Below, piece after piece: positions 51,301-61,500 of a stretch of DNA of 64,000 bases. Within the stretch, counting starts at the first letter, position 1. Each line of letters begins with the position of its first letter. The notes under the pieces are model-generated. The model was not told the origin of the DNA. It did not search any database and saw only the letters and a program-made list of their open reading frames with translations. Made by a program: the position numbers and the translations under genes. The stretch lies in the NCBI RefSeq assembly GCF_037042905.1, contig NC_087251.1, positions 16,742,001 through 16,806,000 on the forward strand, written 5' to 3'. Source of the stretch: Lytechinus pictus (Eukaryota).

Positions 51301-52004
51301 CATTTTATTTTCAACCTCGTGGTGATAGCGGACCCCGCCGTGAACTTCAAATTGATTTGAAAACGCTAGCTACCCACATGACCCAAAACATTTTAATAAC
51401 ATATTTCAAATCATCGTGCGTGCTTGCGTCGTCTACTTCATTTTAATTGCACTTAATTGCGACTTTAAGATGATGCGTCGTAAGAGATCATTCCAATAAT
51501 TCTAAATCGCTAGCACCTAAAAATACTTCTAAAAGATGTCCCGCCGATCGTTCATTAACCTGTGATCTATGAGAAATATTTTCATTTTATTTTCCTTTGC
51601 GCCTTTGCTCGGAAGATGCGTCTTTCGTTTATCTTTCTAATAAAAATCACTCGGTTTATTTTAAAGCAATAACACCTCAAAACCCCTGGCTTTAAAACAT
51701 GTTCCATACGATCGCGCATGTTGGCGACTTCCATTCCAATGCATTCGTCTTTGTGACTTTGTCAGGAAGATGCGCGTGACCGCGAACAACATTTTGATGT
51801 ATTCCTTTGTTTTTAAACATCGCCGATTCGATTTTCGATTCGATTTCGATTTTAGAAGCTTAACTGCCGATCCGATTTTTGATCCGATTTACAACATTAC
51901 TCTTAAATTGGATACCCAAATTCTTTACAAAAGTCTCTGATATTGGAGATAATCTCCCACATTGGAGACAGTCTCCAATATTTATTGGCCGTGCGCCTCT
52001 ACTG
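48393..52004. mobile_element. 3.6-kb non-coding TIR element carrying a 110-bp satellite
   Basis: 22-bp TIRs cagtagaggcgcacggccaata / tattggccgtgcgcctctactg, with tagaa on both flanks and subterminal ggagac..tctcc motifs. Confidence 0.8.
49000..51347. repeat. 110-bp tandem array, about 21 copies
   Basis: caacctcgtggtgatagcgg recurs at 49121, 49231, 49341 ... 51312. One unit has a 9-bp deletion. Confidence 0.97.
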
Positions 52005-52074
52005 TAGAAGAGTAAAAATGAGCAAAGTACATGAAATCTATCTAGGGCCTATATGGATATTGCACGTTTTCATC

Positions 52075-53413
52075 TACCTCGAGCGAAGTTCGTGCAGGCT
52101 CCACTCCACTTCACTACCGCTACACTATGCTCTACCTACCCGAACTTCGAGACCATGAACTCGATCGGATATTCCGAGTGACAAAAGGTGGGATTTTATG
52201 GGGAGAAAATACAAAATTCATGCAACATCACGATCTTTAAAAACAAGTACAACTAATATTCTTACTTTACACAAAGTTTCACTTCTTTTCCTAACCCAGA
52301 GAGCTCCGGCCCGCGTAGCGGGCCGGAGCCCAGACGCTCAGTGTGCAAACGGGCATTCAGGTGAGAGTACCGTGAAGTTTGGTCAAAATAATTTTGATAA
52401 TAAATAATTAAAACAGAAATTAAGCACTTACCACGATTGTATGGATGATAGTCTAACGAGTGGCAGTTTCCTGACATCGAGGCACAGACTGGAACCTCAA
52501 AAAACGATCAGTTCTGTCGCGGTGGCTCTCCTTCTTTCAAAATTCATAGCAAAATGGCCGTTCGAGAGGGTGTAGGGCGCATGCGCGAATTTGACAAAGT
52601 CTATATGCGCTAGTGCTATACTAGCCTCGGTCTCGATCGGCCATTTTGTGTTGAATTCTGAAAGAGGAGAGCTACCGCGACAGAACTGATCGTTTTTTGA
52701 GGTTCCAGTCTGTGCCTCGATGTCAGGAAACTGCCACTCGTTAGACTATCATCCATACAATCGTGGTAAGTGCTTAATTTCTGTTTTAATTATTTATTAT
52801 CAAAATTATTTTGACCAAACTTCACGGTACTCTCACCTGAATGCCCGTTTGCACACTGAGCGTCTGGGCTCCGGCCCGCTACGCGGGCCGGAGCTCTCTG
52901 GGTTATTCTTTTCCATGCTTCTATCAGTCTCAAAATTGATGATTTAGAGCCAACATGAAGTTTCTCACACGTATAAATATTAATGCGCTGCCGACTTCAA
53001 AACATCGCATGCGGGAGGGTCTGGTCCGAGCTCGGACCCTCGCGCGCGCGCGCATGCGATGTTCTGAAATTGGCAGCGAATTATAATATTTTACGTGTGA
53101 GGCCTGAGGAACTTCATGTTGGCTCTAAATCATCAATTTTGAGACTGATACTGATAGAAGCATGGAAAAGAAGTGAAACTTTGTGTAAAGTAAGAATATT
53201 ATTAGTTGTAGGCCTACTTGTACATCTACTTGTTTTTAAACTAAAGTAAAGATCGTGATGCGATGTTGCATAAATTTTGTATTTTCTCCCCATAAAATCC
53301 CACCTTTTGTCACTCGGAATATCCGATCGAGTTCATGGTCTCGAAGTTCAGGTAGGTGGAGCATAGTGTAGCGGTAGTGTGGAGTGGAGCCTGCACGAAC
53401 TTCGCTCGAGGTA
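52075..53413. mobile_element. Foldback (MULE-like) element with 9-bp TSD
   Basis: gttttcatc at 52066-52074 and 53414-53422. The arms are inverted copies meeting near 53025. Confidence 0.85.
52292..52905. mobile_element. Second foldback (MULE-like) element nested in the first, 9-bp TSD
   Basis: ttcttttcc at 52283-52291 and 52906-52914. ~275-bp near-identical TIRs beginning TAACCCAGAGAGC. Confidence 0.88.
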
Positions 53414-53544
53414 GTTTTCATCGCCCGTCGCCGTCGGACGCGAGGCGAGCGACCACGATCGTCAGATCATCAAGGCAACTTACAAATATTTGAGTTCATG
53501 GGACTGATACTGAAAGATAATGTTTCAAATAAAAAAAAACTCAC

Positions 53545-53633
53545 TCTTTTTTAAGAGCTCTGTACACTCTCAAGGTTTTATCTTTCTTCAGTATGACATT
53601 GTCACCCTCCGCTATCAAATTTTGATGATCCAT
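53545..53633 (-). CDS. TRMT6: tRNA (adenine58-N1)-methyltransferase non-catalytic subunit (Gcd10), exon 1 of 11; 1665-nt CDS, 554 aa
   Basis: MDHQNLIAEGDNVILKKDKTLRVYRALKK, resembling the TRMT6 IxxGDxVVLK start. GTGAGT donor, phase 2. Confidence 0.85.
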
Positions 53634-53779
53634 CGAAGTGGATGAATACAAATCACACAAAACAGCTGGATTATTGAATGTGAACACGGCATCTACGACC
53701 TCACGAGTTAGTGGATTCTCGGGACAATTTTGTACATGGTAGGCACTTTTGATCCAAGTTTGAAAGGAGACTCGTAAAA

Positions 53780-53809
53780 TGACGTCAGTCTCGCCGATGA
53801 ATATTCATT
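53780..53809. promoter_or_regulatory. Candidate TRMT6 proximal promoter motifs: CRE and POU MORE-like palindrome
   Basis: TGACGTCA (53780-53787) and ATGAATATTCAT (53798-53809), ~150-175 bp upstream of the ATG in CpG-containing unique sequence. Confidence 0.4.
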
Positions 53810-54051
53810 AGATCGTGGTCGTGCGTGTTCAATACACACTGCGTGCAGGCATGCAGATAGTTATATGCGAGGAACTTTGGCTCCAGAGACAAGTTGTCAA
53901 ATAACGTGTGTGTGTGTGCGTGTGTGTACCATCGGCTGGTAGTATGCCATGCTGTCTAAGACTTCAAACGCGTCGGAGAGAGTGCATGGCAATTCGGTAA
54001 AACGAAGTTTCCGATACAAAGAGATAATAAAATAACACTATGGACAGTACG

Positions 54052-54419
54052 CCCGGGGGTGCCACTTACATTGACGAGTGGATACCATGGATACCGTTTC
54101 GGTCGCATTGATCTGCTACAATTTTGGTGAAAAGCGGCCGTAGAGCGCTTTTCGACCATCGCCTAAGCGCGAGCGCACCCGGCGGATCGAGGCCGCGCTA
54201 GCTGCGTCAGCATGCACGATTGCCCGTTCCATAGGGATGCATACGCATTCACAGAGATATGGAGATCCGTTCCGAGGACCCCCGTTTTCACAAACATTTG
54301 TAGTTCCGAAGCCCGTTCCGAGGACCCTCCTTTTTACAATAAGCCCACTCCAAGGCCCCCGTTTTTTGCCTCGCCCGCGGCACACCCCTACCACTTTTTT
54401 GGTCGAGTGCCCCCCCGGG
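54052..54419. mobile_element. Second, partly chimeric copy of the CCCGGG-ended element
   Basis: 54117-54419 is homologous to 20958-21250. The 5' part differs and no TSD is seen. Confidence 0.7.
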
Positions 54420-54654
54420 GGCACGTTACGTACGTAACGTGATAAGGGTGTCAAAAACACAAAAATATTGAAAAAAGGGTATCTATTTCCAGTACGTTGA
54501 GAGGCAAATGTCAGATCAGGGGAGGCAGGAGTACAATCAGGTTTTTTTTAAGGGAAGAATAGTGTAGAATAAAAGGTATTATATATACCCAAATGATCTA
54601 GGTGAGGGAAGTGAACAATGATGTTTTTTAAAAAAAGAATGAATATACCTTACC

Positions 54655-57250
54655 TGAATATTATGGTGAAGCCAATTTAAAAGGAGGTGAGGCAAGTTTC
54701 AATGGAGGTTTATAAATAGAATAAACTGTACTACAAATTATGGTGAAGCCAATTTAAAAGGAGGTGAGGCAAGTTTCAATGGAGGTTTTTAAAAAGAATA
54801 AACTGTATTACAAGTTATGGTGAAGCCAATTTAAAAGGAGGTGAGGCAAGCCTCAATGGAGGTTTTTAAAAAGAATAAACTGTATTATGGTGAAGCCAAT
54901 TTAAAAGGAGGTGAGGCAAGTTTCAATGGAGGTTTTAAAAAATAAACTGTATTATGGTGAAGCCAATTTAAAAGGAGGTGAGGCAAGTTTCAATTGAGGT
55001 TTTTTAAAAGAATAAACTGTACTACAAATTTGAAAGGAGGTGAGGCAAGTTTCAATGGAGGTTTTTAAAAAGAATAAACTGTACTACAAATTTAAAAGGA
55101 GGCGAGGCAAGTTTCAATGGAGGTTTTTAAAAAATAATAAACTGTACTACAAATTATGGTGAAGCCAATTTAAAAGGAGGTGAGGCAAGTTTCAATTGAG
55201 GTTTTTAAAAAGAATAAACTGTATTATGGTGAAGCCAGTTTAAAAGGAGGTGAGGCAAGTTTCAATGGAGGTTTTAAAAAAAATAAACTGTACTACAAAT
55301 TTAAAAGGAGGTGAGGCAAGTTTCAATGGAGGTTTATAAATAGAATAAACTGTACTACAAATTATGGTGAAGCCAATTTAAAAGGAGGTGAGGCAAGTTT
55401 CAATGGAGGTTTTTAAAATAAAGAATAAACTGTATTACAAGTTATGGTGAAGCCAATTTAAAAGGAGGTGAGGCAAGCCTCAATGGAGGTTTTTGAAAAG
55501 AATAAACTGTATTATGGTGAAGCCAATTTAAAAGGAGGTGAGGCAAGTTTCAATGGAGGTTTTAAAAAAAATAAACTGTACTACAAATTTAAAAGGAGGT
55601 GAGGCAAGTTTCAATGGAGGTTTATAAATAGAATAAACTGTACTACAAATTATGCAATGGTGAAGCCAATTTAAAAGGAGGTGAGGCAAGTTTCAATGGA
55701 GGTTTTTAAAAAGAATAAACTGTACGTATTACAAGTTATGGTGAAGCCAATTTAAAAGGAGGTGAGGCAAGCCTCAATGGAGGTTTTTGAAAAGAATAAA
55801 CTGTATTATGGTGAAGCCAATTTAAAAGGAGGTGAGGCAAGTTTCAATGGAGGTTTTAAAAAAAATAAACTGTACTACAAATTTAAAAGGAGGTGAGGCA
55901 AGTTTCAATGGAGGTTTATAAATAGAATAAACTGTACTACAAATTATGGTGAAGCCAATTTAAAAGGAGGTGAGGCAAGTTTCAATGGAGGTTTTTAAAA
56001 AGAATAAACTGTATTACAAGTTATGGTGAAGGCAATTTAAAAGGAGGCGAGGCAAGTCCGTTTTTAAAAAGAATAAACTACTACAAATTATGGTGAAGCC
56101 AATTTAAAAGGAGGTGAGGCGAGTTTTAATGGAGATTTTTAAAAAGAATAAACTGTACTACAAATTTGAAAGGAGGTGAGGCAAGTTTCAATTGAGGTTT
56201 TTAAAAAGAATAATACTGTACTACAAATTTGAAAGGAGGTGAGGCAAGTTTCAATCGAGGTTTTTAAAAAGAATAAACTGTACTACAAATTATGGTGAAG
56301 CAAATTTAAAAGGAGGTGAGGCAAGCCTCAATGGAGGTATTTAAAAAGAATAAACTGTATTATGGTGAAGCCAATTTAAAAGGAGGTGAGGCAAGTTTCA
56401 ATGGAGGTTTTAAAAAAAGAATTAACTGTACTACAAATTATGGTGAAGCCAATTTAAAAGGATCGAGGTGAGGCAAGCCTCAATGGAGGTTTTTTAAAAG
56501 AATAAACTGTATTATGGTGAAGCCAATTTAAAAGGAGGTGAGGCAAGTTTCAATGGAGGTTTTAAAAAATAAACTGTATTATGGTGAAGCCATGCAATTT
56601 AAAAGGAGGTGAGGCAAGTTTCAATTGAGGTTTTTTAAAAGAATAAACTGTACTACAAATTTGAAAGGAGGTGAGGCAAGTTTCAATGGAGGTTTTTAAA
56701 AAATAATAAACTGATGTACTACAAATTATGGTGAAGCCAATTTAAAAGGAGGTGAGGCAAGTTTCAATGGAGGTTTTTAAAAAAGAATAAACTGTACTAC
56801 AAATTATGGTGAAGCCAATTCAAAAGGAGGTGAGGCAAGTTTCAATGGTGGTTTAAAAAATAAACTGTATTATGGTGAAGCCAATTTAAAAGGAGGTGAG
56901 GCAAGTTTCAATTGAGGTTTTTAAAAAGAATAAACTGTACTACAAATTTGAAAGGAGGTGAGGCAAGTTTCAATGGAGGTTTTTAAAAAGAATAAACTGT
57001 ACTACAAATTTAAAAGGAGGCGAGGCAAGTTTCAATTGAGGTTGTTAAATAGAATAATTAGTGTCATAAATATTATGGTGAAGCCAACTTGAGAGGAGGT
57101 GAGGCAAGTGCACAATGATGTTTTTACAAAGATTGAATCTAGTATAGTGAAGCCAGCTGGAAAGGAGGTGCGGGCAATTATAAGTGTACAATGATTTTTT
57201 TGAAAGAATGAATAGTATGAAGCCAACTTCAAAGGAAGTGAGGCAAGTGT
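54655..57250. repeat. Modular minisatellite (~60-76-bp units, >30 copies)
   Basis: Core aaaggaggtgaggcaagtttcaatggaggtttttaaaaagaataaactgta with three alternative linkers; degenerate at both ends. Confidence 0.95.
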
Positions 57251-58583
57251 ACAATGAGTTTTTTTGTTAAAGAATAGTATAGAAATATGAATAACGGTAT
57301 ACATATGGGGAAGATGGGGTGGGACAAGTACCACGAAATAATCGTTTTTATATTAATGAATCCGAATGGTGTAAAATAAGTGGAATAATGCAAAAAATGA
57401 GAGACAAGTTTAAATGATGATCGGTTCAGCAAGAATCATCGGTGAGGTTTTTTTTTATCAATCATGTAAAAGTAGTTCAAATAATATATGAAAAGGCCAG
57501 TGCGAATGTGAAAGGAATGACCATAGATAGGAAAAAAGAGTTGAATAGGTCAATGTAACATGAGGTGAGGCAGGTTTATAATGATGTCGAGGGATGAGAT
57601 GGAGTCGCGGTGCGATTTGCTAAAACAAAGTCTTAACGAGTAATGTGTTCGAGAGTGAGTCAGGGAGAAAGGGAGAGAGAGAGAATGAAGGAAAAGGACT
57701 TTGGAATAAGATTGGAAAAAAAAATAACAAGGAGAAGAAAAAAAAACTGTATCTAGGCCTAGAAAATCAAGTGAACCCCTCCCCGCAAGGACCATAAGAA
57801 AATGGATATAAAATAAAAAAATTAAACAAAATAAAAAGGGGGTAAAATACAGTATAAGATGACTACTTACTAACGGTTTTGTCTTATGTTGTTAAGTGCG
57901 AGAATGATAAGAAACGGTAAGTCGGCCCAAGAGTAGTCTAGTACCACGGCTTTAATTAGAAACTTCAAGCAATAAACAGGTCAAGAGTTTAAGTTCAAAT
58001 TTAGGTTTTATTTCAGGTTTATTTTTTATTCAGGTTTTATTTTTGTATTTATGTAATTACATTGTACAATATTTGTATGTTTTTATGGCCAAATAAATAA
58101 TAATAATAATAATAATCAAAACTACATGTTATCAGTGAAGTAAAAATGAATCAACAAAGTGTATCTAGTCTCTCTAATTCAGATCAGGGCCCTGTGATTT
58201 TTGAAGTAGGGGGTGCTGATTCAAACTTGAAAAAAAATATTATCAATACAAAATGGATGTCAAACAGTCGCGAGTAATTTGAAAAGCTTTTGGTTTTAAT
58301 TTACCCTTTCTATTTTAACACATCTTCTAGAATACCCGGGGGAGCTGCCAACCGAATAATACACGCAGCACCCCCAAGGAAATGTTTGGTGGTGCCCGAG
58401 CACCCACGCTCCCAGGGCCGGGCTGCGCCATATCGCTTCAGACTCTGCATTCCGCAATTGCAAAAACCATAGGCCTGTGTCTGTGCTGCATGGGCCGCGT
58501 TTAGCCATCCGTTCGATTAGCACCATTGGAGGAAAGTAGAGAACAATACCATAGTCTAGGAGATAGGAGGCTTTATTCAGAAT

Positions 58584-61500
58584 TTTTGGTGGGGAAGGTT
58601 TGACAAGCTTATTCGGGGTAAAATTGTGCGCTGATTCCAAAAATGTCACTCTTATTGACCGTACTCACGCCATTTTGGTCATTTTGGCCAAATTTTGACC
58701 AAAAATTACCATTTTGACCACTCTTTGGAAAATGGTCCCTTAACAGATTGCTTTTGTAGCCACATGCAATTAAAAGGATCTATCTTAAGTAAAAAGGCAC
58801 ACAGATTCCAGATAAAGTGCTTTCATTTGCCAAATCACAATAGCAGTGGTCATTTTGGCCATAATTTGGCCAAAAATGAAAATTTTCATGATTTTTTGGC
58901 CGAAATGTGTTACAAATATTGATCAGAGCTACGACTGGATGTTTTTAGAAATCCACATTTATTTTCAAAATGTGCGCTGGATCATAACCATCAACCTCAT
59001 GTAATTTATTCCGTCAGTTTTGACCTATGAGGGTCATTTTGGGTACTTTAGACATAACTGACCATTCACGCAGGTTTGCATTATTAACTGTTCAAATAGG
59101 CAGGAAATTGAGGTCTTCAGCATATTTTATCTTCTTCCCTCATAAAATGAGAATACATTTAAATGTCCTTCTTGTGTAGAATTTTATGCTGATTCCAAAT
59201 ATATCAGTCTTAATGATACTATTTAACAGCTTAATGTCATTTTGGCCACTTATGGCCCTTAAAATGACCAATGACATCAGTTCAATTTATCCAAAAATAC
59301 TTTGAATGTTACCAGAATCGTTACAAGGGCGTACTGTGACACCTAACATTGGTGTATTAATCCTTGAAATTGAACATCTTAAACGTATTTTGACCTCATG
59401 CAATTTATTCCATCAGTTTTGACCTATGAGAATCATTTGGCGTACTTTAGACATAACTGACCATTCACGCAGTTTTGCATATAATAAACTGCACATAGGC
59501 AGGAATTTGAGGTCTTCAGCGTGTTTTATATTCTTCCCATATAAAATGGAAATGCATTCAAAAGTTCATCTTATGTAAAATGTGATGCTGATTCCAAATG
59601 TATCAGTCTTAATGACCCTATTTAACAGCTTTAGGTTATTTTGGCCACTAATGGCCCTTAAAATGACCAATGGCATCAGTTCAATTTATCCAAAAAAACT
59701 TTGAATGTTACCAGAATCGTTACAAGGGCATACTGTGACACCTAACATTGGTGTATTAATCCTTGAAATTGAACATCTCAAACGTATTTTGACCTCATGC
59801 AATTTATTCCATCAGTTTTGACCTATGAGGGTCATTTGGCGTACTTTAGACATAACTGACAATTCACCCAGTTTTGCATAATAAACTGCACATAGGCAGG
59901 AATTTGAGGTCTTCAGCATGTTTTATCTTTTTCCCATATAAAATTGAAATGCATTCAAAAGTCCATCTTGTGTAAATTTGATGCTGATTCCAAATTTATC
60001 AGTCCTAATGACCCTAGTCAACAGCTTAAGGTCATTTGGGCCACTCATGGCCCTTAAAATGGCCAATAACATCAGTTTAATTTATCCAGAAATATTTCGA
60101 ATGTTACCAGAATCTTAACAAGGGTGTGCTGTAATACCCAACACTGGTGAATGAATCCTTAAAATTGAGCATCCCCAAAGTTGACTACCTTGGTCATTTT
60201 GGCCACCTTGACCCCCCCCCCCCGGCCTGCCCTGCTTATTGTGTATGTTAATTCAGGTAAGATAAATTTTGGATTGCGTTAATATTAGCATCAATTATTG
60301 TTAAATGGGGAAGTTTGAAAGCTTCTTGGTGGAAATCAATTAAATTATTCCACACAGACCAGTGTTATTGGCATAACTATTGGACCCTGTGGTCATTTTG
60401 ACCACGTTTCCCTCAATATTGACCAGTGACCATGGACCCTAGGAATCTCCAATTAGTGGAGGGATCAGCTAAGAGAGAGACCACACATGCTTTGATGAGT
60501 CAAAAGGGGCTCAAATGCCTTTCGATTGGAAATATTACAAGCTCACCTAGAGTAAATTTTTTTTTCTAAATACCTCACCACTGTCTAATGTGGCCCAAGT
60601 GGTCATTGTATGGTCATTGAGTAGCCATAACATCATTCCCTCCTTTTTAATTTAAATTAACTATATTCTAGAGGAAGGCACTAATCCTGAATTCAAAGGT
60701 GCGTCATTACAAAGCTATTGGTCTAAGTGAATTTCACGAATAGATTTGACCATGATGCATTTTTATTACCTTTGCCATTTTGTATGTTTCACAAACCTCA
60801 CATTGGCATGATTGGTAAAGTTGAAAGTGGAAAACTTGCCCTAAATTGTTAAAGAGTGACCAAAATTCGGCACAGAGAATAATTTCATATAGGGAATGTG
60901 TTTTATTACCCAGTATGTCTTCAAAAGAATTAAGGGTAAATTTGCTGCTCACCAATCATGCCAATGTGAGGTTTGTGAACCACTGTACAAGAAAAAACAA
61001 AGATGGTAAAAATGAATGATATTCAAAACTCTTTGTGAACTTCACTGTGACCTATTTTGCTTTGTAATGATTCTCAGTACAATTTGACTTTAAAGAAGAA
61101 AATAATGCTGGCTATTTAGGAACATACAGTGATCAAACGGGCCACAATAGACAGTCACATGATATTTGGCACAATTTTTTTTACTCAAGGTGAGCCTTTA
61201 AAATTTCCCATCAAAAGGGATTGAACGCATTTCATCATGTTCATAGACCTACAATTGCTGCTAAGTCGTGTTTATTTCAAAATTCACACATTGGATAAAC
61301 GGTCAAAGTAGCCAAAATGGTCACATTTTGATTATGTACTAATTAAATAATTTGTCACTGATTATGATTGATACAACAAATCTTACAAAATATAGAGCAA
61401 GAACATTGGAATACTTTTGATACATGTAATTGTCATTGCTAATTGTAGGGACCAAAAGTGACCAAAATGACCACTAAGTAGTATATATATGATATATTCT

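Noticed and set aside
49000..51347. CRISPR-like or ribozyme array reading of the 110-bp repeat
   Set aside because: Whole units repeat with no unique spacers, there are no cas genes, and I saw no hammerhead core on either strand.
52262..52947. Duplicated MSGNCHSL... ORFs
   Set aside because: By-product of the inner foldback TIRs.
54655..57250. Repeated AGGAGGT as Shine-Dalgarno sites or CRISPR repeats
   Set aside because: Eukaryotic minisatellite with no downstream ORFs and no unique spacers.
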